A stretch of DNA of 64,000 bases, taken from the NCBI GenBank assembly GCA_965277805.1, contig OZ255842.1, positions 3,168,001 to 3,232,000 of the forward strand, given 5' to 3'. This DNA comes from Candidatus Lustribacter sp. Its GTDB lineage: Bacteria > Vulcanimicrobiota > Vulcanimicrobiia > Vulcanimicrobiales > Vulcanimicrobiaceae. Made by a program: the position numbers and the translations under genes. The notes below the pieces were generated by a model. The model was not told the DNA's origin. It made no database searches and saw only the letters and a list, made by a program, of their open reading frames with translations. Below, piece after piece: positions 37,200 through 46,563 of this stretch. Within the stretch, counting starts at the first letter, position 1. Every line of letters begins with the position of its first letter.

Positions 37200-37298
37200 C
37201 ACAATCTCCTAACGTGATGCGATTGGCCTTAGGCAAAGCGGCGGAAAGCCCCGCCCCGAGGCGCGGATTTAACGAAACTCTCCCCGAAGCCGCCGCGT

Positions 37299-38285
37299 AT
37301 GAGCCGCGTTCGAGTCCTCGTGGGTACCCACAAGGGGGCGTTCATCTTGTCTGCCGACGGCAAGCGCGACCGGTGGGAAGTCGGCGGCCCGCACTTTCCG
37401 GGCTGCGCGATCTCCGACGTCGTGGGCTCGGCGGCGCAGCCCAGCCGCCTCTATGCCGCGCAAAACACCGGTGAACCCGGCCCGCAAGTCCACCGTTCGG
37501 AAAGCGGCGGATTCACCTGGGAGGCGCTGGGCGTGATGCCCGGCCCGATCAGTTCGCTCGTCGCTTCGCCCAACCTCACCGACACCGTGTATGCCGCGTG
37601 CGAGGACGGGACGCTGCTGCGGTCGACCGATCGCGGCGAGAGCTGGGACGAGTTGCCTGGTCCGTACGCCGGGGGCGCGGGTCTCGTGCTGCGGCCCACG
37701 ATCATGCTCGATCCCTCGAGCGCGGACCGGCTTTACGTTTGCTCCGCAGGCGGCGCGTTTCGAAGCAATGACGGGGGCGCATCGTGGCGCGCGCTCGGCG
37801 AACCCGGGTTCGACGTCCAGCGCTTAGCCGTGCACGCCTCGAGCCCCAACCTGATCTACGGCCAGACCGCGAACGGCCTCATGCGCAGCAACGACGGCGG
37901 TGCAACCTGGAACGACGTCAGCGGCAGCCTGCCTTCGCCGTTCGGTTATACTGTCGAAGTGCACTCAATGGAACCCGAGACGATCTACGTGGTGCCGATG
38001 AAGAACGCGGCCGAAGATTACCCCGTCGACGGCAAGCTGCGCGTGTATCGCAGCCGCGCCGGCGGCACCAAATGGGAGCCGCTTACGACCGGGTTGCCGC
38101 AGCGTGACTGCTACGTCAGCGTGGCGCGCAATGCGTTGTGCGCCGACGGTCTCGACCCGTGCGGCCTGTTCTTCGGCACGAGCGCCGGCGCGGTGTACGG
38201 CTCGAGCGACTCGGGCGAAAGCTGGATGCCGATCGTGAGCTATCTCCCGCCGGTGAATTCGGTGAAGGTGCAAACGCTGCCTTGA
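37299..38285 (+). CDS. BNR/Asp-box repeat (sialidase-like beta-propeller) protein
   Basis: Asp-boxes RSESGGFTW, RSTDRGESW, RSNDGGASW, RSNDGGATW, SSDSGESW. Confidence 0.8.
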   Translation: MSRVRVLVGTHKGAFILSADGKRDRWEVGGPHFPGCAISDVVGSAAQPSRLYAAQNTGEPGPQVHRSESGGFTWEALGVMPGPISSLVASPNLTDTVYAACEDGTLLRSTDRGESWDELPGPYAGGAGLVLRPTIMLDPSSADRLYVCSAGGAFRSNDGGASWRALGEPGFDVQRLAVHASSPNLIYGQTANGLMRSNDGGATWNDVSGSLPSPFGYTVEVHSMEPETIYVVPMKNAAEDYPVDGKLRVYRSRAGGTKWEPLTTGLPQRDCYVSVARNALCADGLDPCGLFFGTSAGAVYGSSDSGESWMPIVSYLPPVNSVKVQTLP

Positions 38286-39391
38286 TCAGTCAGCAAGAAA
38301 ACGAACTGCTCACGCGCATCGGACGCGGCACGCCGATGGGCGACCTGCAGCGACGCTACTGGCACGTCGTGGGCGCGGCGTCCGAGCTGACGGACCGCGC
38401 GACCAAACGCATCCGCCTGCTGGGCGAAGAACTCGTGCTCTACAAGAACCGCGACGGCGCGTTCGGCATCACCGCCGGGTATCCGGTCGAACTGCTGGGC
38501 GGCCTGTTATGGGCGTATCTGGGGCCGCAGCCGGCACCGCTCTTGCCGCGCTGGGACGGTCTCGCCGGCGAGAGCACGATCCAGATCTGCGGCTGGAACG
38601 TGGTCAACTGCAACTGGCTGCAGATCATGGAGAACTCGGTCGACCCGGTGCACACCGAATGGCTGCACGGCGCGCTGCTCGAGTTCCGCCGCGAAAAACA
38701 AGGCACGAAGTTTGCGATCGCCTCGAAGCATCTCAAGATCGCTTTCGAAGAGTTCGAGTACGGCGTTTACAAGCGCCGCCTGCTCGAGGGCCACTCCGAA
38801 GACTCCGACGATTGGCGCGTCGGTCATCCGGTGCTCTTCCCCAACATCCTCGCGGTCGGCAGCGGCGGCGGCGACGTGTGGAAATTTCACCGCTACCAGA
38901 TTCGCGTGCCGATGGACGACGAGCACACGATGCACTACTGGTATTCCGCCTACGCGCCGCCGAGCGGCGTCGACGTTCCGCCGCACCTGCTCAACAACCT
39001 CGACTACTTCGAGATCCCGACGCGCGACGCGAACGGCGAATATCTCCTTGACATCATCAACGTGCAAGACGTGATGGCGTGGGAGACGCAGGGACCGATC
39101 GCGCAGCGGCATCTCGAAAAACTCGGCACGACCGACGTCGGGGTGATTCACTTTCGCAACATGCTCAAGCGCGAACTGGCCAACGTCGCGGCCGGCAAAG
39201 ACCCGATGGGCACCGTGCGCGATCCGGCCAAGAACACGGTGATCCAGTTCGCACTCGAACGCAACAAAGCGCACTACGCCGATAGTCTCGAGCGCGGGTT
39301 CCGGCATTCGCCGGCCAAGTACTCGGCGCTCGCCGACGATATCTGCGCGGTCTTTGCCGCCTTCAGCAAAGAACCCGCGGGCGTTCGCTAA
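38282..39391 (+). CDS. Rieske-oxygenase homologue lacking the [2Fe-2S] cluster-binding segment
   Basis: ENELLTRIGRGTPMG..RRYW N-terminus and ENSVDPVHTEWLH...QD Fe site, but no CxH/CxxH; TTG overlaps the upstream TGA. Confidence 0.8.
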   Translation: MISQQENELLTRIGRGTPMGDLQRRYWHVVGAASELTDRATKRIRLLGEELVLYKNRDGAFGITAGYPVELLGGLLWAYLGPQPAPLLPRWDGLAGESTIQICGWNVVNCNWLQIMENSVDPVHTEWLHGALLEFRREKQGTKFAIASKHLKIAFEEFEYGVYKRRLLEGHSEDSDDWRVGHPVLFPNILAVGSGGGDVWKFHRYQIRVPMDDEHTMHYWYSAYAPPSGVDVPPHLLNNLDYFEIPTRDANGEYLLDIINVQDVMAWETQGPIAQRHLEKLGTTDVGVIHFRNMLKRELANVAAGKDPMGTVRDPAKNTVIQFALERNKAHYADSLERGFRHSPAKYSALADDICAVFAAFSKEPAGVR

Positions 39392-40353
39392 GCGAGGGCG
39401 TTCGGGTCGATGACGTCCTTGGCGGGGAACGCCGCCGCCAGCGCCTTGTACTTCACCGCGGCGTCGATGATCGGCTGAATCATCTTCGGATCGAGCTGCT
39501 TTGCATTCGTCGCCACCGGCGAGAGCGACTGCGCGGCGATGACCTTCTCCTCGATGCCGCTGTACTTCGCGAGCAGCGGAATCATCTGCTGGAAGTTGGC
39601 GTTGGCGTACGTGGCCGCTTCGTAGAGGCCGCGCCGGAAGCGCGTCATCACGTCGGCGTTCTTTGCGGCGAAGTCGGCGGTGCAGAAATACGCGGTCACG
39701 ATGAAGTGTTTGGCGATCCCGTCTTGGCCGTGGCCGATTACGCGGAATCGCCCGCTTTGCAATGCATCGCCGAGGATCGGATTGGCGATGTTGGCGGCAT
39801 CGACGCGTCCGGCGGCGATCGATTCGGCGGCCGCCCGATGCGGTAATTCCAGAAACTTCACCGTGCGCGAGTCGCCGCCGCGCTGGTCCATCCACGACGA
39901 GATTGCGATCTGGTAGAGATCGCCGAGCGAGGGCACCGAAATCGTTTTGCCGTCGAGGTCGCGGCCGGTGCGAATCGGCGAATCCTTGGCGACCAGCAGC
40001 GCGGATTCGGGCACGTCGGTGTTCCAAATCGAGCCCGGCGCTTCGAGCACGAGCGAGACGCCTTTGGCGTGCGCGTTGAGCAGCGAGAGCAGGCTGCCTT
40101 TTCCGATCTCGAGCGAACCGCCGATGACGGCCGCCGTCACGACCGCACCGCTGTTGGAACTGCGCACGTCGACGTCGAGACCATACTTCGCGAAGATACC
40201 GCCCTGCTGGCCCCAAAGCGCGCCGATGATGTCGTGATCGGGCGAGCCGGAGAGCCGCAGTTTCGTCAGCGTCTGCGCGCTCGCGAAGCGCGGCACGGAT
40301 GCAAACGCCGCCAGCGTTGCGAGAAACGCCGCGCGGCCGGGTGTGAACGTCAT
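39388..40353 (-). CDS. ABC transporter substrate-binding protein (NitT/TauT/SsuA-like)
   Basis: Signal-like N-terminus; DSPIRTGRDLDGKTISV; paralogue of 22334 and 45042. Confidence 0.85.
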   Translation of the reverse strand: MTFTPGRAAFLATLAAFASVPRFASAQTLTKLRLSGSPDHDIIGALWGQQGGIFAKYGLDVDVRSSNSGAVVTAAVIGGSLEIGKGSLLSLLNAHAKGVSLVLEAPGSIWNTDVPESALLVAKDSPIRTGRDLDGKTISVPSLGDLYQIAISSWMDQRGGDSRTVKFLELPHRAAAESIAAGRVDAANIANPILGDALQSGRFRVIGHGQDGIAKHFIVTAYFCTADFAAKNADVMTRFRRGLYEAATYANANFQQMIPLLAKYSGIEEKVIAAQSLSPVATNAKQLDPKMIQPIIDAAVKYKALAAAFPAKDVIDPNALA

Positions 40354-42902
40354 GAAGCCGTTCTTATCGCTGCGCCGTTTCGCTCCTGGAGATGGGTGGC
40401 GAGGAACTCCGCGAGATAGGGCGCGGTGCGGCTCTCCCGCGACCGCGCGACGTCCGCCGGCGTACCGGCCGCGACGATGCGGCCGCCCTCGTCGCCCGCG
40501 CCGGGACCGATGTCGATGACCCAATCGCTTCCCGCAACGACGCGCATGTCGTGTTCGACCACAATCACCGTGTTTCCGGAATCGACCAGCCCATGGAGCT
40601 GCCGCATGAGCTTCTCGACATCGGCCGGATGCAAACCGGTGGTCGGCTCATCGAGCACGTAAAGCGTATCGCCGTGTTGCGTGCGCTGCAATTCGGTGGC
40701 CAGCTTGATGCGTTGCGCTTCGCCGCCGGAGAGCTCGGTCGCGGGCTGGCCCAGACGCAGATATCCGAGCCCGACTTGACGTAGCGCGTCGAGCGCGCGG
40801 CGTACCGTCAGCTCGCCTGCGAAGAATTCCCACGCGTCGTCGACCGTTAGGTCCAGCACGTCCGCGATCGACTTGCCGCGATACTGAATCTTGAGCGTTT
40901 CGGGGTTGTAGCGCGCGCCGTGACAGGCCGGGCACGGCGCGTACACGCTGGGAAGAAAGAGCAGTTCGACCATCACGAAGCCTTCGCCGGCGCACGTCGG
41001 ACAGCGGCCTTTGGCAACGTTGAACGAAAACCGGCCGGCGTCGAAGTGCCGTGTGCGCGCCGCCGGGGTTGCCGCGAACAGTTTGCGCACGGCGTCGAAC
41101 AGGCCGGTGTAGGTGGCGAGGTTGGAGCGCGGGGTGCGGCCGATCGCTTTTTGATCGACTCGCACGAGCCGCGCGATCGCGTCCATCCCGGCGTCGATGC
41201 GCCCGCCGGCCGGCGCGGCCGGATTGCGTTCCAGGTCTTCGCGTTCGTCCGCCTCCGGCTCGAGCTCGGTGCCGAGCTTTCGCGCAACGAGCTCGACCAG
41301 CGCCTGACTGACCAAGCTTGATTTTCCCGAACCCGACACGCCGGTCACGGTCGTGAAGGCGCCGAGCGGAAAATCGACGTCGAGGCCGCGCACGTTGTTT
41401 TGCGTCACGTCGCGCAAACGCAACGCCTCCTTGAGGACGCGCTGCGGCCGGGCCGGCAGCGGTGGCGCGGCCGCGAGATAGCGCCGCGTTTCCGACGCGG
41501 CGACGCGCTTCAGCCCCGCCGGCGGTCCACTGTAGAGAATCTGTCCACCGAATTGCCCCGCGCCGGGGCCGACGTCGACGATCCAGTCGGCATGCCGGAT
41601 GATGTCGAGTTCGTGCTCGACGACGAAGAGCGAGTTCCCGGCGGCCTTCAGGCGGTCGAGAGCGCGCAAGAGCGCGGCGGTATCGACGGGATGCAAGCCC
41701 GCCGACGGCTCGTCGAGCACGTACACCACTCCGAAGAGATTCGAGCGGACTTGCGTTGCCAAGCGCAAGCGTTGCAGTTCGCCGGGCGAAAGCGTCGGCG
41801 TGCTGCGCGCGAGTGCGAGATAGCCGAGACCGAGATCGAGCAGTACGGCCAGACGCGCGATGAGATCTTCCACAATTCGCGCGACCACCAGCGCCCGCTC
41901 GGGATGCGCGGCGCCGAAGCGCGCCGGCTCGACATCGCCCGGATGCATGTACGGCCGCAGTAATGCGTCCAAACGCGACAACGGCAAGTACGCCATCTCG
42001 GCAAAATCGAGGCCCGCAAACGTGACCGACAGCGATTCGCGGCGCAAGCGCTTGCCCTTACAGAGCGGGCACACGCTGCCGACCATGAACGACTCGGCCC
42101 GCTTCTTCATCAAGGCGCTCGGGCTGTTGGCAAACGTCTGGAGCACGTACTTGCGTGCGCCGGTGAACGTGCCCTGATAGCTCGGCTCTTCCTTGCGCTT
42201 GAGCGCGCGTTGCACTTCTTTGGGAGTGTAACCGGCGTACACCGGAACCTGCGGCTGTTCTTCGGTGAAGAGCAGCCAGTCACGATCTTTCTTCGGCAGC
42301 TCGCGCCACGGCTTGTCGATGTCGTAGCCGAGCGTCACGGCAATGTCGCGCAAGTTCTGTCCGTGCCACGCCGTCGGCCACGCGGCGATGGCACGTTCGC
42401 GAATCGACAGTGACGGATCCGGCACCATCGAGCGTTCGGTGACGTCGTAAATGCGGCCGAGACCGTGACAGCGCGGGCACGCGCCGGCCGGCGTGTTGGG
42501 GGAAAAGGCCTCGGCCTCGAGATGCGGCTGCTTGGCCGGGTAGAGACCGGCGCGCGAATACAACATCCGCAGCAGATTCGAAAGCGTGGTAACACTCCCA
42601 ACGGACGAACGCGCCGTCGGTGACCCACGCTGCTGCTGCAAGGCGACGGCCGGCGGAAGACCGTCGATCTCGTCGACGTCCGGGACCGCCATCTGATGGA
42701 ATAGTCGCCGTGCGTACGGTGAGACCGATTCTAGATAGCGGCGTTGCGCTTCCGCGTAGAGCGTACTGAACGCCAGCGACGATTTTCCCGATCCTGACAC
42801 GCCGGTGAATACGACCAGCGCCTCGCGCGGAATGTCGACGGCGATATCCTTGAGATTGTGTTCGCGGGCACCGCGCACGCGCACCATGCCGGAGGAGTCC
42901 AC
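40350..42902 (-). CDS. UvrA-like ABC ATPase (class II UvrA2/DrrC type)
   Basis: [18 protein letters not shown] twice, LSPGELQR and LSGGEAQR, Zn-finger CxxC pairs; 850 aa. Confidence 0.88.
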   Translation of the reverse strand: MDSSGMVRVRGAREHNLKDIAVDIPREALVVFTGVSGSGKSSLAFSTLYAEAQRRYLESVSPYARRLFHQMAVPDVDEIDGLPPAVALQQQRGSPTARSSVGSVTTLSNLLRMLYSRAGLYPAKQPHLEAEAFSPNTPAGACPRCHGLGRIYDVTERSMVPDPSLSIRERAIAAWPTAWHGQNLRDIAVTLGYDIDKPWRELPKKDRDWLLFTEEQPQVPVYAGYTPKEVQRALKRKEEPSYQGTFTGARKYVLQTFANSPSALMKKRAESFMVGSVCPLCKGKRLRRESLSVTFAGLDFAEMAYLPLSRLDALLRPYMHPGDVEPARFGAAHPERALVVARIVEDLIARLAVLLDLGLGYLALARSTPTLSPGELQRLRLATQVRSNLFGVVYVLDEPSAGLHPVDTAALLRALDRLKAAGNSLFVVEHELDIIRHADWIVDVGPGAGQFGGQILYSGPPAGLKRVAASETRRYLAAAPPLPARPQRVLKEALRLRDVTQNNVRGLDVDFPLGAFTTVTGVSGSGKSSLVSQALVELVARKLGTELEPEADEREDLERNPAAPAGGRIDAGMDAIARLVRVDQKAIGRTPRSNLATYTGLFDAVRKLFAATPAARTRHFDAGRFSFNVAKGRCPTCAGEGFVMVELLFLPSVYAPCPACHGARYNPETLKIQYRGKSIADVLDLTVDDAWEFFAGELTVRRALDALRQVGLGYLRLGQPATELSGGEAQRIKLATELQRTQHGDTLYVLDEPTTGLHPADVEKLMRQLHGLVDSGNTVIVVEHDMRVVAGSDWVIDIGPGAGDEGGRIVAAGTPADVARSRESRTAPYLAEFLATHLQERNGAAIRTAS

Positions 42903-42931
42903 ACCGGGGATGTACCCTCGTGAAGCACCGT

Positions 42932-43672
42932 TCAGCCCAAGTAGAGGCCGCCGTTGACGTGCAGCGTTTGCCCGGTGACGAAGCGCGCTCCCGGCCCCGC
43001 AAGCCAGCGCACGGCCGAGGCGACGTCGTCGGGCACCCCCTTACGGCCCAGCAGCGTGACGCGGTCGGCGCGATGCGAGGGGATGAAGTCGCGTACGGTT
43101 TCGATCAGTCCCGGCGCGACGCAGTTGACGGTAATCCCATCGGGTCCCAAGTCGTGCGCCAGCGCGCGCGTGAAGCCGGCAATGCCGGCTTTCGCCGTTA
43201 CGACGTGGGCGCGATTGCGCGCTCCGGTATGAGCGGTCAAACCGCCGAGGTTCACGATCGCGCCGCGGCCGCTCGCGCGCAAGTGCGGCAACGCAGCCTG
43301 ACTGCACAGGAACGCGCCGTCGAGCGCGACGTGCAGCACGGCCTGCCACTGTTCTAGCGTCAGCTCGGCAAACGTCGACTCATGGCGCAGCGACGCGTTG
43401 TTCACCAGAACGTCGAGCCGTCCGAAACGCGCGACGGTCTCGTCGACGACGCGCGCGACGTCGGCGGGATTTCCCACGTCGCCCAGGATCGCCGCGGCGC
43501 GGCCGCCGCCGGCTTCGATCTCCGCCACCAGCTCTGCCGCGGCTTGCGCAGATGACTTTGCGTTGACGACGACCGCTGCCCCGCCGTGCGCGCACGCGCG
43601 CGCGATTTCGGCGCCGATGTTTCGCGCGCCGCCGGTAACGAGCACGACCGATCCGCTGAGTTCCGCTTCCAT
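42932..43672 (-). CDS. SDR family oxidoreductase (atypical active site)
   Basis: [22 protein letters not shown] in place of Yxxx[12 protein letters not shown]. Confidence 0.85.
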   Translation of the reverse strand: MEAELSGSVVLVTGGARNIGAEIARACAHGGAAVVVNAKSSAQAAAELVAEIEAGGGRAAAILGDVGNPADVARVVDETVARFGRLDVLVNNASLRHESTFAELTLEQWQAVLHVALDGAFLCSQAALPHLRASGRGAIVNLGGLTAHTGARNRAHVVTAKAGIAGFTRALAHDLGPDGITVNCVAPGLIETVRDFIPSHRADRVTLLGRKGVPDDVASAVRWLAGPGARFVTGQTLHVNGGLYLG

Positions 43673-43724
43673 TTCGGATCGTTTCTCCGCAGGAGAACGT
43701 GCCTCACCTTCACGACTAGCGAAG

Positions 43725-45086
43725 ATGAGCACGATTGCCGAGCAGCTTGCCCACGCCGCGCAGGGCGTACGCGCAAACGAACTGCCGGCCGCCGTCCGGC
43801 GCGTTGCCGCCGACTTGATCCTCGACGTTGCGGGCTTGTGCGTTGCTGCGCGCGGCACGGACTATATCGCGGCCGTGCTGCAGAGCGTCGAGCCCGGCGG
43901 CGCGTGCACCGCGATCGGTCATCCGGGCGCTTTCACGGCGCTCGACGCCGCGCTGATCAACGGGATCGCCGCGCACGGCGAAGATTACGACGACACGTTC
44001 GAGGGCGGGCCCGTGCACGCGGGCGCGGTGATCGTGCCGGCGGTGCTCGCCGTGGCGGAGCGCTACCGCGCATCCGGCGATGCGATCCTGCGCGGCCTCG
44101 CGAGCGGTACCGAAATCATGTGCCGGCTCGGGCTCGTCGCACCGATGCGCGTGCACAAAGCGGGCTTCCATCCGACCAGCGTGTTCGGCGCGATCGGCAG
44201 CGCACTCGCCGTGTCGGTCACGCTCGGGCTCGACGAGCAGAAAACCGTCGACGCGCTCGGCATCGTCGGCAGCATGGCCGGCGGCATCATCGAGTATCTG
44301 GCCGAAGGTGCGTGGACCAAACGGCTGCACGCGGGCTGGGCCGCGCAATCCGGCATTCGCGCGGCGCTCTTGGCGCGCGGTGGCTTCGTCGGCCCGCGCA
44401 CGGTGTTCGAAGGAACGCACGGCCTCTTCTTCGGCTTCGCCAACACCGCCGGCAACGATTTCACGCCGCTGACCGGCGGTTTCGGCCGCGAGTGGCTGAT
44501 GGAAACAGTCGCGTTCAAACCCTACGCTTGCGGGACGATGATCCATCCCTACATCGATTGCGCGATCCGGCTCGCGGCTCGCGGCGTGAGCGCCGATGCG
44601 ATCGCATCGATCGAGTGCGATACGGCCGAGGGCATCGTACACCGCTTGTGGGAACCGCTGGCCGTCAAACAGACGCCTCCGAACGCGTACGCGGCAAAAT
44701 TCAGCACGCCGTTCTGCATGGCGCTCGGCTTCATCCGCGGCGACGTCGGGCTCGGCGCGTTCACCGAGGAAGCCGCGCACGATCCGCAGGTGCGCACGCT
44801 GGCCGCGAAGATCCGTTACCGCATCGATCCGGAGAACCCGTACCCGCGCGCGTTCACGGGACACCTCCGCGCCACGCTCAACGACGGAACGGTGATCGAA
44901 GAACGTCAGCCGCACTTTCGCGGCGGCGCGCAAGAACCGCTCACCGCGGCGGAGATCGAAGCGAAATTCGTTGCGAACGCGGCCTTCGGCGGCTGGCCGC
45001 CCGAGCAGACGGCGGCGGCGCGCGAAACGCTGCGGCGGATCCTAACCGGAGAACATGATGTCGCGGGCCTCGATCGGCTGCGTTAG
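43725..45086 (+). CDS. MmgE/PrpD family protein
   Basis: AALINGIAAHGEDYDD, VHAG, GFHPTS, KRLHAG, FKPYACG, AKFS. Confidence 0.9.
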   Translation: MSTIAEQLAHAAQGVRANELPAAVRRVAADLILDVAGLCVAARGTDYIAAVLQSVEPGGACTAIGHPGAFTALDAALINGIAAHGEDYDDTFEGGPVHAGAVIVPAVLAVAERYRASGDAILRGLASGTEIMCRLGLVAPMRVHKAGFHPTSVFGAIGSALAVSVTLGLDEQKTVDALGIVGSMAGGIIEYLAEGAWTKRLHAGWAAQSGIRAALLARGGFVGPRTVFEGTHGLFFGFANTAGNDFTPLTGGFGREWLMETVAFKPYACGTMIHPYIDCAIRLAARGVSADAIASIECDTAEGIVHRLWEPLAVKQTPPNAYAAKFSTPFCMALGFIRGDVGLGAFTEEAAHDPQVRTLAAKIRYRIDPENPYPRAFTGHLRATLNDGTVIEERQPHFRGGAQEPLTAAEIEAKFVANAAFGGWPPEQTAAARETLRRILTGEHDVAGLDRLR

Positions 45087-45986
45087 CGTCTTGTAGCGCA
45101 GCATCGTGTCGATCACGGGCTGCACGAGCTTCGGATCGAGCGTCGTCCCTTGCTCGACGCGCGTCATCTTCGCAACCTGCGCCGGTTCGAGCGAGGTGAA
45201 CTTCGCGATCAGGTCCGCCGTTTGCGCGTGGTGCCCGTTGCAGTAGTCGGCCGCTTTGCGCAAGGCCAGCGAGACGTTCTTCACGACTGCCGGATTCGCG
45301 GTGGCGTAGGTCTTGGTCGTGAACCACGCGGTGTACATGAAGCGCGGCGCGATGCCGTCGAAGTGATGGGCGAGCGGGCGCAGCTTGCTGTCGGTGAGCG
45401 CCGCCGAGAGCACCGGCTCGTTGACGGAGCCGGCCGTCACGCGGCCTTGCTCGATTGCGACCGGAATCTCGCCGATCGGGATCTCGACGAACTTGATGCT
45501 CGTGACGTCGCCGCCGTTCTTGTCCATCCACGCGATCGTCGCCAGCGAATGGATGTCGTTGAGCGCGCCGACGGCGATCGTCTTGCCGTTGAGGTCGGCG
45601 GCTCTTTTGATCGGCGAATCGGCCGGAACCAGCAGCGATGCGATCGGTGCACGCGTATCGTAGATGCCGGCCGGCATGATGATCGTGAACGGCAGTCCCT
45701 TACTGAACGCGGCGATCAGCGGCGGAGTGCTCGACTTTCCGACCTGATAGCTCCCGCCGACCACACCGCTCATCACCGAGGGGCCATTGTGCTGCGGCTG
45801 CATGTCGACGTCGAGGCCATACGGCTTGAACAAGCCGCTCTGGATGCCGTAGAGCACGGTCGTCGCCGAATCTTCCGGCACGCCGGCCATTTTGATCGCC
45901 GTCAAATCGGCGGCCCGGGACAACGACGGCGCGGCAAGTGCCGCGCCGGTCAGAGCGATAAACGATCCACGCGTGCGAAATGCCAT
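45042..45986 (-). CDS. ABC transporter substrate-binding protein (NitT/TauT/SsuA-like)
   Basis: AGVPEDSAT..LYG, VVGGSYQVGKSS and LDPKL shared with 22334-23272; 45-bp 3' overlap with the convergent gene. Confidence 0.85.
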   Translation of the reverse strand: MAFRTRGSFIALTGAALAAPSLSRAADLTAIKMAGVPEDSATTVLYGIQSGLFKPYGLDVDMQPQHNGPSVMSGVVGGSYQVGKSSTPPLIAAFSKGLPFTIIMPAGIYDTRAPIASLLVPADSPIKRAADLNGKTIAVGALNDIHSLATIAWMDKNGGDVTSIKFVEIPIGEIPVAIEQGRVTAGSVNEPVLSAALTDSKLRPLAHHFDGIAPRFMYTAWFTTKTYATANPAVVKNVSLALRKAADYCNGHHAQTADLIAKFTSLEPAQVAKMTRVEQGTTLDPKLVQPVIDTMLRYKTLTQPIEARDIMFSG

Positions 45987-46016
45987 CTCACGCGCTTCTC
46001 CTCGCGATGGTGGCGG

Positions 46017-46060
46017 TCCCTCGACGATGCGCCTAACGGCGCTTTGCTCGGGATGACACA
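46017..46060. repeat. Half copy of the TGTCA...TGACA repeat with an inserted hairpin
   Basis: TCCCTCGAC-[gatGCGCCtaacGGCGCttt]-GCTCGGGATGACACA versus the copy-1 arm TCCCTCGAC-AA-GCTCGGGATGACACA. Confidence 0.7.
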
Positions 46061-46062
46061 GG

Positions 46063-46512
46063 TTATGGGGCGGGTGGATTCGTGAATGGCGGGGCGGGGG
46101 CGTTTATGTAGCGCTGCCCGTCCGGCTGCGCGGCGCCGTTCCACTCGCGGTACCATTGCGGCTCGCGGGCGAACGCGACGCGGCGCGGCGGCAGACCGTC
46201 GATCTCGTTTGCGGTGAACGCGTTGCCTTGATTGAAGCCGACGATGCGCACGCGCATTCCCGGTCGCAGCGTCAGCCCGATCGGGAAGATGATCGTCTTG
46301 TCGTGCAGCCGCACGTTGTCGACGAAACCCTTGTCATCGCGCAGACCGAGTTCGTAGGTGCCTTGTGTAAAACGCACGACGATGCCGTCGAGCCGCTCGT
46401 TGCCCAGCGGCGTCGCGAACGAGGGCTGCGTTTGCGCCGTCGCCGGTTGCGCGAATGCGCATCCCGTAATCGCCAGCGCCGCCGCCGCGCACAGCACGTC
46501 TCGGATCTTCAT
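46063..46512 (-). CDS. Hypothetical exported protein, paralogue of 32626-33255
   Basis: Signal peptide; LRDDKGFVDNVRLHDKTIIFPIGLTLRPGM..GFN.G..F.ANEID. Confidence 0.75.
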   Translation of the reverse strand: MKIRDVLCAAAALAITGCAFAQPATAQTQPSFATPLGNERLDGIVVRFTQGTYELGLRDDKGFVDNVRLHDKTIIFPIGLTLRPGMRVRIVGFNQGNAFTANEIDGLPPRRVAFAREPQWYREWNGAAQPDGQRYINAPAPPFTNPPAP

Positions 46513-46563
46513 GTTTCATCGTACCCGCCCGGCACCCAAACGACGCCGGGTCCGGCCGGTCGC

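Noticed and set aside
38507-40216. 569-aa minus-strand ORF
   Set aside because: Arg-rich off-frame read of the binding-protein gene joined to the antisense of the oxygenase homologue
40350-42902. Canonical uvrA of nucleotide excision repair
   Set aside because: Shorter than canonical UvrA, LSPGE first signature, no uvrB/uvrC nearby; better treated as class II UvrA-like, so no symbol is assigned
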